Assembly: GCA_029932765.1 (NCBI GenBank)
Contig: JAOZPM010000005.1
Span: 1-42,401 of the forward strand
Source of the DNA: Bacteroidales bacterium
GTDB lineage: Bacteria; Bacteroidota; Bacteroidia; Bacteroidales; UBA1556
Reading direction: 5' to 3'
DNA length: 42,401 nucleotides
Shown here one piece after another: positions 26,095 to 35,164 of the stretch. Within the stretch, counting starts at the first letter, position 1, and each line of letters opens with the position of its first letter. The position numbers and the translations under genes were made by a program. Below the pieces are notes generated by a model. That model saw only the letters and a list, made by a program, of their open reading frames with translations, did not search any database and was not told the DNA's origin.

Positions 26095-26138
26095 ATTTGT
26101 TTGTTGTTTTGTGTTTTAACACAAAACAACAAACAAAT
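26095..26138. terminator. Bidirectional terminator, a perfect 21-bp stem
   Basis: atttgtttgttgttttgtgtt / aacacaaaacaacaaacaaat with a minimal loop, between convergent genes. Confidence 0.75.
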
Positions 26139-26144
26139 TTTTAA

Positions 26145-27209
26145 TTAAAAAGCAAGTAACTCTTTTGCAATATTATCAGCAGCATTACCACCACCATATA
26201 GATCTTTAGAAAAATCTAAATCAAACTTTTGCTCTTTATAAGCCTTAATTATTCTATCCTTATGGGCTCCAACTATTGTATTAAAACCATTGCTAATAAG
26301 CTCAACCCATTCCGTTTCGTCGCGTAAAGTAATACATGGTTTCTCAAAAAAGAAGGCTTCTTTCTGCAAGCCTCCACTATCAGTCATCACTAGCTTACAA
26401 TTCTGTAATAGATAAACCATCTCTAAATAACCAACTGGCTTTATAAGTTTTATTTTTGATTTATCAATTTCAATATTATTTTTGTCAATAATATTTAACG
26501 TGCGTGGGTGAAGTGGCAAAATAACAGGATCTTTTTCTCCAATTTTATGGAAAGCATCTATTATACTCTTTAAACGCTGCAAATCATCAGTATTTTCTGC
26601 ACGATGAATTGTTGCCAAAACAAAGTTACTAGGAATATCAAAATCAGGTTTGCGGCTTTTATCTGCATAAAATATTGCAGCATCTTGCATTACATCACCA
26701 CTCAGGGATACCTTAATATCAATATTCTTATAACCCTCTATATTCAAATTATCAATTGCAGTTTGGGTAGGACAGAATAATATTGTAGAAATTCTATCAG
26801 TAAGAATACGATTCACTTCCTCTGGCATTTTCATATTAAAAGACCTTAAGCCTGCTTCTACATGCGCTATATTAATATGCAATTTAGATGCCGCAAGAGC
26901 ACCCGCCAAAGTAGAGTTTGTATCACCAAAAACAAGCACCCAATCAGGTTTTTCATCAAGAAGCACTTTTTCAACCTTTTCCAGCATTTGTCCAGTCATA
27001 GCACCATGTCCAAGACCATTAATATCCAAGTTATAGTGTGGTTTAGGAATCTGCATTTCCTCAAAAAATATATCAGACATATTAGCATCGAAATGTTGCC
27101 CAGTATGAATAATTATTTCTTCAATTTCAGAATAATTTGAAAAAGCACGACTTACTGCTGCCGCTTTTATAAATTGAGGCCTTGCCCCTACTATTGTTAT
27201 TATTTTCAT
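26145..27209 (-). CDS. wecB: UDP-N-acetylglucosamine 2-epimerase (non-hydrolysing)
   Basis: It has the motifs IVGARPQFIK, HVEAGLRS and DSGGLQKEA. Confidence 0.93.
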   Translation of the reverse strand: MKIITIVGARPQFIKAAAVSRAFSNYSEIEEIIIHTGQHFDANMSDIFFEEMQIPKPHYNLDINGLGHGAMTGQMLEKVEKVLLDEKPDWVLVFGDTNSTLAGALAASKLHINIAHVEAGLRSFNMKMPEEVNRILTDRISTILFCPTQTAIDNLNIEGYKNIDIKVSLSGDVMQDAAIFYADKSRKPDFDIPSNFVLATIHRAENTDDLQRLKSIIDAFHKIGEKDPVILPLHPRTLNIIDKNNIEIDKSKIKLIKPVGYLEMVYLLQNCKLVMTDSGGLQKEAFFFEKPCITLRDETEWVELISNGFNTIVGAHKDRIIKAYKEQKFDLDFSKDLYGGGNAADNIAKELLAF

Positions 27210-27469
27210 TGATTGTATTATTATATACTTGCCTGCATGCTAAAATGTTAAAATACTAAATGATTATATTTTTAATTAAAAACTCAGTAATCAAATTCAG
27301 ACCTCAAAATTAGCTTAAATATATATTTAAAATCTCAAAATGTTTTTTATTTTATAAAAATTAGACTATTTACGGCTTATACAACTATTATCCAATAATT
27401 TATACAATTATTATATACACATCTAATTGAAAATAAGGCCAATAATTATAAAAACTAGATAAAAAGTAG

Positions 27470-27477
27470 TACATTTG
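27470..27477 (+). promoter_or_regulatory. -7 promoter box (TACATTTG)
   Basis: TAnnTTTG match 66 nt upstream of the ATG at 27543. Confidence 0.4.
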
Positions 27478-27489
27478 CGTAACGTATTT

Positions 27490-27511
27490 TACTGTAACTA
27501 TTGTTACGGTA
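27490..27511 (+). promoter_or_regulatory. Imperfect palindrome (operator or 5'-UTR hairpin candidate)
   Basis: TACTGTAAC-TATT-GTTACGGTA has 9-nt arms with 1 mismatch. Further GTAAC/GTTAC copies flank it (GCGTAACG, AGTTACT). It lies just downstream of the predicted -7 box. Confidence 0.3.
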
Positions 27512-27542
27512 ATATTAGTTACTATAATTAAACTATATTATT

Positions 27543-28856
27543 ATGAAATTTTACAATAGGGAAACAGAACTTGAATTACTTAGATTACAGGAAGATAGAA
27601 TGAATAACAGTTCTAGAATGACTGTAATAATAGGCAGAAGACGTATTGGCAAAACTCGACTAATAATAAAATCACTAGATCAAAACCGTGATATATATTT
27701 ATTTGCAGCAAGAAAAAGCGAGCAATTATTATGCGAAGAATTTGCTGAAGAAGTAAGAAGCAAAGGCATTCCTGTTTTTGGCAAAATTCATAAATTTAAA
27801 GATCTATTTGAATTGCTGCTTAATGCAAGTAAGCAAAATGCTTTTACATTGGTGATAGATGAGTTTCAGGAATTTTACTCAATAAACCCATCGGTATTTA
27901 GCGAAATGCAAAACCTATGGGATAGATATAGAGACAAAAGTAGGTTGAATTTGATACTAAGCGGATCCATTTACACTATGATGAAGCAGATATTTGAAAA
28001 TGCTAAGGAGCCACTGTTTGGTCGTGCCGATGAAAAAATATACCTCAACGCATTTAATGTTGATACATTGAAAATGATTATGGCAGATAATAACCCTAAA
28101 TATACTGCGCGTGATTTGCTATCATTCTATATATTCACTGGTGGCGTAGCCAAATATGTAGAAATATTGACAGAAAAGAATGCCTTAACATATACCAAAA
28201 TGCGAAATGAGTTTTTTAAAGCTAACTCGTACTTTCTAGAAGAAGGAAAGAATATACTTATTGAGGAATTTGGAAAAGACTATGCTACATATTTTTCGAT
28301 ACTAAGCCTTATTGCCTCGTCAAAAACTTCGAGAACTGAAATGGAATCTGTTTTGGGAAAAAATATTGGTGGATATTTAGATAAGCTTGATAAACAATAT
28401 AGCATTATAAAAAAGGTAAAGCCCATAATGGCAAAGCCAGGAAGCAGAACACAGAAATATTTGATTCACGATAATTTTCTAAACTTCTGGTTTAGATTTA
28501 TATTCAAGTACAAAAGCGCCGTAGAAATACAAAATTTTGAATACTTACGAAAGATTGTTGATCGTGATTTTGATATGTACAGTGGTAAAATACTCGAAAA
28601 GTACTTTATTGAGAAACTTAGCTCACAAAATAAATACAGCGAAATAGGAACTTATTGGGAGAAAGGAAACCTCAATGAAATTGATATTGTAGCAATAGAC
28701 CAACTTAATAAAACAGTACTTTTTGTGGACATTAAGCTCCAAAAGAAGAAAATAAATTTAGAAATTCTTAAAATAAAATCTCAAAAGCTACTCCATCATT
28801 TCAACGGATATAGATTTGAGTATAAAGGGTTTTCGATGGAAAATATTGAAGGATAA
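27543..28856 (+). CDS. ATP-binding protein of the archaeal-ATPase (ATPase_2)/DUF234 class, with a PD-(D/E)xK-like C-terminal tail
   Basis: It has FYNRETELELL followed by the P-loop GRRRIGKT, Walker B LVIDEFQE and a C-terminal EIDIVA...FVDIK motif. Confidence 0.8.
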   Translation: MKFYNRETELELLRLQEDRMNNSSRMTVIIGRRRIGKTRLIIKSLDQNRDIYLFAARKSEQLLCEEFAEEVRSKGIPVFGKIHKFKDLFELLLNASKQNAFTLVIDEFQEFYSINPSVFSEMQNLWDRYRDKSRLNLILSGSIYTMMKQIFENAKEPLFGRADEKIYLNAFNVDTLKMIMADNNPKYTARDLLSFYIFTGGVAKYVEILTEKNALTYTKMRNEFFKANSYFLEEGKNILIEEFGKDYATYFSILSLIASSKTSRTEMESVLGKNIGGYLDKLDKQYSIIKKVKPIMAKPGSRTQKYLIHDNFLNFWFRFIFKYKSAVEIQNFEYLRKIVDRDFDMYSGKILEKYFIEKLSSQNKYSEIGTYWEKGNLNEIDIVAIDQLNKTVLFVDIKLQKKKINLEILKIKSQKLLHHFNGYRFEYKGFSMENIEG

Positions 28857-28898
28857 AGGGTTCTCCTTTTTCCTTAATACTAGTCCTTTATACTCCCC

Positions 28899-29219
28899 CT
28901 AAACCATTTCCCTATAGATGGTCTCTACCAAGCGGTTTTTAAGAACCTCGGCATAAATATCTACTGCAATCTCACGATATTGGAAAATAATTATACTTAC
29001 TGCTTTCGAAATTTCTATACTACTTTTTACTTGCTTACTAAATTGCTTCTTCATCAATTTAGGCAATATTTCATCAATAAGTTCAACACGAGCTGAAACC
29101 TCATATTTGCGAAAAATATCAGTCTCGGTATGCACAAGGCTTTCCAACTCCATTGATATTTCTTGCAAAATCCTAATTAGCGCTTTTAATTCATCCTTAT
29201 TTGAAAACTTGAAAAGCAT
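28899..29219 (-). CDS. Hypothetical small helical protein
   Basis: 106 aa. Its ATG lies 2 nt after the argS stop codon. I recognise no motif, and the coding call rests on ORF length in AT-rich DNA plus the tight coupling. Confidence 0.45.
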   Translation of the reverse strand: MLFKFSNKDELKALIRILQEISMELESLVHTETDIFRKYEVSARVELIDEILPKLMKKQFSKQVKSSIEISKAVSIIIFQYREIAVDIYAEVLKNRLVETIYREMV

Positions 29220-29221
29220 AT

Positions 29222-31006
29222 TTACATCTGGTTTGGAACTTCAATACCTAATAAGCTCATTGACGATTTAATAATATCTCCCGTCAATTTCGATAAATCC
29301 AATCTAAAGGCAGCCTTATCCCTATCACTCTCATTCATAATATGATTATCGTGATAAAACTGATTATACTCCTTTGCCAAATCGTAAGCATAAGATGCAA
29401 TTATTGCAGGGCTGTAATTATTCGCCGCAACTTGCACTACACTAGGATAATTATAAATAATTCGAAGCAAACTACTCTCCTTCTCATTAATACTTAATGT
29501 ATTATCCCAACTTCCAAACTCTGCATCTTTGGCTTTACGCATTATCGACTGAATACGAGCATAAGCATACTGTACAAATGGACCTGTATTACCATTAAAA
29601 TCAATGGATTCTTCAGGATTAAAAAGCATTTTACGCTTTGGATCTACTTTAAGAATAAAGAATTTTAAAGCAGCCATTCCCACTTGATAATATAGTTTAT
29701 CAGCTTCAGAATCTGATAGATTATCTATTTTACCAGACTCAGAAGTTAACCTTTTTGCATCTGCAACAATTCCATCAATTAAGTCGTCGGCATCAACAAC
29801 AGTTCCCTCACGAGACTTCATTTTACCATGTGGTAACTCCACCATTCCGTATGAAATATGATGAATCTTACTAGCCCAATCAAAGCCAAGTTTCTCCAAT
29901 ACCAAAGTCAATACTTCGAAATGATAATTCTGCTCATTACCAACAACATAAAGCATCTTCTCAGGAGAATAATCAATCTCACGAAGTTGAGCAGTTCCAA
30001 TATCTTGAGTCATATATACCGAAGTGCCATCAGAGCGAAGTAGCAACTTCTGATCTAGGCCCTTATCTTCAAGATTAGCCCATATAGAGCCGTCTTCTTT
30101 CTGGTATAATACTCCATCTTTAAAGCCTTTATTTACAACATCTTTACCAAGTAAATATGTTTCTGATTCATAATAAATTTTATCAAAATCCACTCCTAAT
30201 TTCTTATAAGTAACATCAAAACCTGCATAAACCCAGGCATTCATTGTTTCCCATAGTTTATATACTTGTGGTTCTTTTGCTTCCCAATCGCGGAGCATTT
30301 GCTGAGCTTCTTTTATTATAGGAGCTTCTGCCTTTGCTTCTTTTTCTGTTTTACCATTTGCTATAAGCTCTGCTATTTCAACTTTATAATCCTTATCAAA
30401 CTGCACATAATACTTACCTACCAAATGATCGCCTTTTTCACCATTAGTCTCTGGAGTTTCACCATTACCATGTTTTTGCCATGCCAACATTGATTTACAA
30501 ATATGAATTCCTCTATCGTTTACAAGATTTACTTTCTTTACGTTTTTGCCACTTGCCTCAAGTATCTCTGCAATGGAAAATCCTAAAAGATTATTTCTTA
30601 TATGTCCAAGATGCAATGGTTTATTTGTATTTGGCGAACTGTATTCAATAACTATTGGAGCGGCATTCTCGTTAGCTAGTTCAAAACCATAATTAGAGTT
30701 TTTTGTTGCTTCTTTAGCTATATCAAGCCAGTATGAACTTTTTATTGATAAATTAAGGAAGCCTTTAATCACATTAAAAGATTTAACATCTGGAATATTA
30801 TTTACAAAATATTCTCCCAATTTATTTGCTAATTCTTCTGGTTTAGATTTTGCAAAGCGCACAAACGGAAATACATTTACTGTAAAATCACCTTCAAATT
30901 CCTTTCGTGTTTCTTGTATTGCTATTGTGTTTTTATCAATACTGTGAGAATATAACTCACTAAATGCTTCCGCAAATTTATCTTTTATAATAATTTCCAT
31001 ATTCAT
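29222..31006 (-). CDS. argS: Arginine-tRNA ligase
   Basis: It has the HIGH motif (PLHLGHIRN), a KMSKS-like MKSREG and a C-terminal anticodon-binding domain ending in M. Confidence 0.96.
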   Translation of the reverse strand: MNMEIIIKDKFAEAFSELYSHSIDKNTIAIQETRKEFEGDFTVNVFPFVRFAKSKPEELANKLGEYFVNNIPDVKSFNVIKGFLNLSIKSSYWLDIAKEATKNSNYGFELANENAAPIVIEYSSPNTNKPLHLGHIRNNLLGFSIAEILEASGKNVKKVNLVNDRGIHICKSMLAWQKHGNGETPETNGEKGDHLVGKYYVQFDKDYKVEIAELIANGKTEKEAKAEAPIIKEAQQMLRDWEAKEPQVYKLWETMNAWVYAGFDVTYKKLGVDFDKIYYESETYLLGKDVVNKGFKDGVLYQKEDGSIWANLEDKGLDQKLLLRSDGTSVYMTQDIGTAQLREIDYSPEKMLYVVGNEQNYHFEVLTLVLEKLGFDWASKIHHISYGMVELPHGKMKSREGTVVDADDLIDGIVADAKRLTSESGKIDNLSDSEADKLYYQVGMAALKFFILKVDPKRKMLFNPEESIDFNGNTGPFVQYAYARIQSIMRKAKDAEFGSWDNTLSINEKESSLLRIIYNYPSVVQVAANNYSPAIIASYAYDLAKEYNQFYHDNHIMNESDRDKAAFRLDLSKLTGDIIKSSMSLLGIEVPNQM

Positions 31007-31062
31007 CTCAAATACTATTTTTATTGATTTAATGTCGGTAGCTAATTAACTTATTAGCTATT

Positions 31063-31323
31063 CTAATAATCTATATCATTATCTAATTTACTAATTTTAG
31101 CGAGTGCAAGATTCACAGCTTCTTGAATATAAACCTCAAGATTCTCTTTATTATCTACATCATAAGTTTCCTGCGATATTAACACCTGACACACTTTTCT
31201 ATTTCCATCAACCACCACTTTCACTCCTCCATTATTTGCTTGCCCATCAACCAATATAAGGTCCAATCGATCCTTTAATATCGACTTATCAATTTTTAGT
31301 TTATCTACAGAAAAGCTCCCCAT
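31063..31323 (-). CDS. YbaB/EbfC-like nucleoid-associated protein (short)
   Basis: 86 aa. The pattern GQANNGGVKVVVDGNRKVCQVLIS...ENLEVYIQEAVNLALAK resembles the YbaB core. Confidence 0.55.
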   Translation of the reverse strand: MGSFSVDKLKIDKSILKDRLDLILVDGQANNGGVKVVVDGNRKVCQVLISQETYDVDNKENLEVYIQEAVNLALAKISKLDNDIDY

Positions 31324-31324
31324 A

Positions 31325-31600
31325 TTATAAGCCCATTATTCCTTTTATACTTTCTGCTTTATAATACACCTCCATCACATCTTTAGAGCTTTGCATCATT
31401 TGATTAGCGGTAATACTCATATACTTAAGATTTTTTGACTCGCGCATTGATATATCAGCATCGTCACTAAAAAGCGCTTCAGTTTCTTCTATAGATTTAG
31501 GATTAAAAGGAACAATAAACTTAAACATATAAATACGAGGCCATGTGAAATCTTCTTCTAGCAATTCTGCCAATTTTGCATATTCTTTTTTATCCGTCAT
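31325..31600 (-). CDS. DUF493 (YbeD-like) small protein
   Basis: 91 aa. The FTWPRIYMFKFIV pattern matches the YbeD family. Its stop is 1 nt from the start of the next gene. Confidence 0.6.
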   Translation of the reverse strand: MTDKKEYAKLAELLEEDFTWPRIYMFKFIVPFNPKSIEETEALFSDDADISMRESKNLKYMSITANQMMQSSKDVMEVYYKAESIKGIMGL

Positions 31601-31719
31601 ATCTTCATTTTTACGACTACAAAGGTCGGAATTTTTTCGCTTAGTTTTCAGATGAAAATTATAGTTATAATTGCAAATCTTATGCTCTATTCATAAGAAC
31701 TTAATATTATAATAAAACT

Positions 31720-31755
31720 AAAAAAGCCTATATGTAAAACAATTACAGATAGGCT
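31720..31755 (-). terminator. Rho-independent terminator of the 233-aa orphan gene
   Basis: The minus strand reads AGCCTAT-N17-ATAGGCT followed by T6. Confidence 0.55.
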
Positions 31756-31785
31756 CTAAAACTATAAATTAACTATTATAAAATT

Positions 31786-32487
31786 CTAAGAAATTTCGTT
31801 TTGAAACATATCTTTAAGTTTATTAAGATCTTCTTTTGTTAAATCTTTACTATAAATCCTTACAACATCTTCTACTTTATTATGATGGAAAATAACACCC
31901 AATCCTGCATCAAAATTATTCCCTAGATAATTATGTCTTATTTTTTGAGCAACAACTTCAAACTCTTTCCATGAAATACTATTTTCTACATTAAAATAAA
32001 TAAAATGAGAATTATCAGAGCTATAATACACACCATCAACAAGTTCTAAGTTACAGAATTTCTTAATATGAATCAGTGCTTCTGAATCAATATTTAGAGA
32101 TTTTCTAAGCTTGAAACCCTCTTCAATAAGAAACTCTTCAAGCTTAATTATACTATCGTATGTTTCAAGATTAAATATTCTTATGGCCTTATATACTTTA
32201 TTATTAAACTCAAGTTCAGCTAATGCTGCCGAAAATTCAAATTTCGCTTTCTTTTCTATATTGTATAATCTACGGTAAAAAAACTCTAAAGTAACCTTTT
32301 CACTTAACAATATAAAAAGCGTTTCTGGCTTACTTTCTGAGGTAATAAAATTGCTGCTATAATAACCTGGGAATGGATTTACAGCCTCTAGAACTCCGGT
32401 ATTTGAAATTATATGATGACTAAGTGTTTTTACAGTTTCTTCCTTAGTGATAATTGAAAGAGTATTATTAAATAATTGCTTTTCCAT
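31786..32487 (-). CDS. Hypothetical cytoplasmic protein, no recognisable family
   Basis: 233-aa ORF with its own -7 box and terminator. It has no signal peptide or TM segment and no motif I recognise. Confidence 0.55.
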   Translation of the reverse strand: MEKQLFNNTLSIITKEETVKTLSHHIISNTGVLEAVNPFPGYYSSNFITSESKPETLFILLSEKVTLEFFYRRLYNIEKKAKFEFSAALAELEFNNKVYKAIRIFNLETYDSIIKLEEFLIEEGFKLRKSLNIDSEALIHIKKFCNLELVDGVYYSSDNSHFIYFNVENSISWKEFEVVAQKIRHNYLGNNFDAGLGVIFHHNKVEDVVRIYSKDLTKEDLNKLKDMFQNEIS

Positions 32488-32515
32488 AATATATTATTTT
32501 GATTAATAACTATCA

Positions 32516-32523
32516 CAAATATA
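32516..32523 (-). promoter_or_regulatory. -7 promoter box (TATATTTG on the minus strand)
   Basis: TAnnTTTG match 29 nt upstream of the start at 32487. Confidence 0.45.
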
Positions 32524-32596
32524 CTAAATCCAACAACCTAAATCAATATATATAAAGTGATAATTAACAGTATAACAACAAGATAATATATACTCA

Positions 32597-33166
32597 CTAA
32601 ATTATTCCTCTTTTCTTCATTTCAAAATAGCAACGCTCAGTAGCTTCAATATCAGCAAATGCATTATGAGCACCTTCAAAATCTTCGCCAAATAACTTAA
32701 TATGCAACTCCGAAAGTTTTGGCCACTTAAAACCATAATAACCTGGAATTTTACAGAAATCAGTAGAATTAAGCATGGTACAGTACTTAGGTTTAGCATC
32801 AAAACTTGAAGCAATATTTCTTCTTATAAATTCAGCACCTATTATTTTTTCATCAAAACTAATATTATGAGCAATAATAACACTTGCATCATCTACTATT
32901 TCATTAAATTTGTTTAATACATCATCCAAAGGAACACCTTCTTTTACAGCTCTTTGAGTAGTTATTCCATGAATATTAGATGCAGAGGATGGTATACTAA
33001 ACCCATCAGGTTTAATAATAAACTCGGCAGAATCAATTCGTTCTCCTTTGTCATTACTCAGTATCCAACCAATTTGTATCATACGTGGCCAATTATCTAT
33101 ATCGCTTGCTGGAGCTTTGTAATTTTTTGGTAAACCTGTTGTTTCTGTATCGAAAAATAAATACAT
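32597..33166 (-). CDS. DEDDh 3'-5' exonuclease (DnaQ/epsilon-like, stand-alone)
   Basis: The three exonuclease motifs are present: Exo I FFDTETTG, Exo II IIAHNISFDEKI and Exo III GAHNAFADIEA. Confidence 0.88.
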   Translation of the reverse strand: MYLFFDTETTGLPKNYKAPASDIDNWPRMIQIGWILSNDKGERIDSAEFIIKPDGFSIPSSASNIHGITTQRAVKEGVPLDDVLNKFNEIVDDASVIIAHNISFDEKIIGAEFIRRNIASSFDAKPKYCTMLNSTDFCKIPGYYGFKWPKLSELHIKLFGEDFEGAHNAFADIEATERCYFEMKKRGII

Positions 33167-33171
33167 AATTT

Positions 33172-35139
33172 TTATTTAATGTCTATAATTTTAACTTCTG
33201 TTCTTCTATTCTGTTTGCGCCCTTCTTCTGTTTCATTTGTTGCAACGGGCTCGTTTTCTCCATATCCCATATATGTAATTCTTTTGGCTTCAATCCCCAT
33301 TTTATCAACTAAATAATCATATACAGCTTTAGCCCTTTTTGTGGACAAACTTTTATTTTCAGCTTCTGAACCTATATTGTCTGTATGTCCTCCTATTTCA
33401 ACCTTCACTTTAGAGTTTACAGTAAGGAAAGTTTTTAATTTATCTAACTCTACAAACGACTGCGATTCTAACTCATAACTTAGCGATGCGAAAAATATGT
33501 TTTTAAGAGTTACTTTCTTATTAATATCAATTTTTTGTAAATATATATTCTTTAAAAATGGAGTATTTGAAGAGTGTTTATCACCCACTTTAAAATTTTC
33601 GGAATAATCTAAATAACCTTTTTTACTTACATATAAGCCTAGTTCAGCATTATTTGGAATTGTAACTAGAAAGCTACCATCACGCACATCTGATGTTGAT
33701 TCTACAATAAGTTTCTTCGTATTTAAATTATAAAGCTGAAATTCTGCTTCCAATACTTTTTTCGAATTTTTTTCAGCAACAATACCTTTCATATAATTAA
33801 CCTGAATTGGTCGAGCATCTTCGTATAGTTCAAAAGAATAGATATCGTAACCACCATAACCGCCTTGCATATCAGATGAAATATATGCCATATTACCATT
33901 AGAATTAATAAGAACACCCATCTGGTTTTCATAATCGTTAATTGGGTAACCAAGATTTACAACCTTCCCCCAATTCCCATCATTATCCATGCGCGTCATA
34001 AATAAATCCATTTCTCCCATTCCAACATGACCATTGGATGCAAAATATAATGTTCGCCCATCAGCATGAATAAAAGGAGTCATTTCTGAGCCTGGTGTAT
34101 TTACAATATCACCAAGGTTTTTCACATTGCCATAAGTACCATCAGGCATGAGCTCTGCTGTATAGATATCAGAATTTCCTCTACCCAATCTACGAACAAA
34201 ATACAGAGTTTTACCATCCGAACTAAGACACGGATTAGATTCCCAGTCACCAGTATTTACAGGACTTCCTATATTTCTCGGCAAGCTCCATGTTTTCCCT
34301 CTCTTATCCGAAATATAGATATCACACCTTCCTTTACCATCATTTCTATAACATGCCGTAAAAACCATCTTAGTTTGATCAGGAGAAATATTCATTGCAC
34401 CTTCATTACCACTTGTATTGAAAATATTATTCATACGCATGGCTGTACTCCATTCTAACTCATTACTATTACGTATACTTTTATAAAAATCCTCTTCGCT
34501 ATCATTTCTTTGCTCCCTAGTACTATTATTTTTTGGAAATCTTCGAGTTAGAATAATAGTATTCTCTTCAGTATTTATGGTATTAATATATTCATCGTGA
34601 TTGCTATTAACAGCAGAACCTATATTTTGCGGATTATAATCAACGGGATTTGCAACACTCCATTTTCCAAATTCAGCCCTTTCGAGCCCTGAATCTACAG
34701 TTTTCTGATATCTTGGATTCTTTTTGGGGTGGTTATTATAAGCCTGAAAATTATTATATGCATCATCATACAATCCCATATTCATTTCCATAACCGACAT
34801 AGTTAAAAAAACATCAGGATAGAAATCCGGGTTTACAATACTAGCTTTCTTATAATAATATAGGCTTTTCTTTATGTTATTCATTTCTGAATATATCTGA
34901 CCAGCCATTAAGTAAGCTTCTACAAAACTAGAGTCATACTTCAAAGCATCATTCACTTCATAAATGGCATTATTATAATCCTTATTATCAAAAAACACTA
35001 TAGCTCTATTAAAGGCTTTCTTTGCTTTTCTTGATTTAGAGGTAAGATCTTGTTTATTATTATGTTGCGAGAATGAGTCTAAAGTCACCAATAGGAGTAT
35101 TGAGGTAATAATAGTAATTATAACTACTAGCTTTCTCAT
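33172..35139 (-). CDS. Envelope protein with TPR repeats, a TolB-like beta-propeller and a C-terminal OmpA domain
   Basis: It has a signal peptide, TPR-like helices (AIYEVNDALKYDSSFVEAYLMAGQIY) and WD40-like repeats (S.DG..LYF). The OmpA motif is GHTDNIGSEAENKSLSTKRAKAV. Confidence 0.88.
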   Translation of the reverse strand: MRKLVVIITIITSILLLVTLDSFSQHNNKQDLTSKSRKAKKAFNRAIVFFDNKDYNNAIYEVNDALKYDSSFVEAYLMAGQIYSEMNNIKKSLYYYKKASIVNPDFYPDVFLTMSVMEMNMGLYDDAYNNFQAYNNHPKKNPRYQKTVDSGLERAEFGKWSVANPVDYNPQNIGSAVNSNHDEYINTINTEENTIILTRRFPKNNSTREQRNDSEEDFYKSIRNSNELEWSTAMRMNNIFNTSGNEGAMNISPDQTKMVFTACYRNDGKGRCDIYISDKRGKTWSLPRNIGSPVNTGDWESNPCLSSDGKTLYFVRRLGRGNSDIYTAELMPDGTYGNVKNLGDIVNTPGSEMTPFIHADGRTLYFASNGHVGMGEMDLFMTRMDNDGNWGKVVNLGYPINDYENQMGVLINSNGNMAYISSDMQGGYGGYDIYSFELYEDARPIQVNYMKGIVAEKNSKKVLEAEFQLYNLNTKKLIVESTSDVRDGSFLVTIPNNAELGLYVSKKGYLDYSENFKVGDKHSSNTPFLKNIYLQKIDINKKVTLKNIFFASLSYELESQSFVELDKLKTFLTVNSKVKVEIGGHTDNIGSEAENKSLSTKRAKAVYDYLVDKMGIEAKRITYMGYGENEPVATNETEEGRKQNRRTEVKIIDIK

Positions 35140-35164
35140 AAATTTTTTTTATTAAATAATATTA

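Noticed and set aside
25869-26148. ORFs of 85-87 aa spanning the end of the acyl-CoA ligase gene and the terminator hairpin
   Set aside because: They read through the perfect palindrome at 26095-26138 on both strands, which explains the mirror-image ORFs. This is an artefact.
27305-27312. A TAATTTTG box on the minus strand as the wecB promoter
   Set aside because: It matches TAnnTTTG but lies 96 nt from the wecB start codon in very AT-rich sequence, where chance matches are likely. The evidence is too weak to list as a feature.
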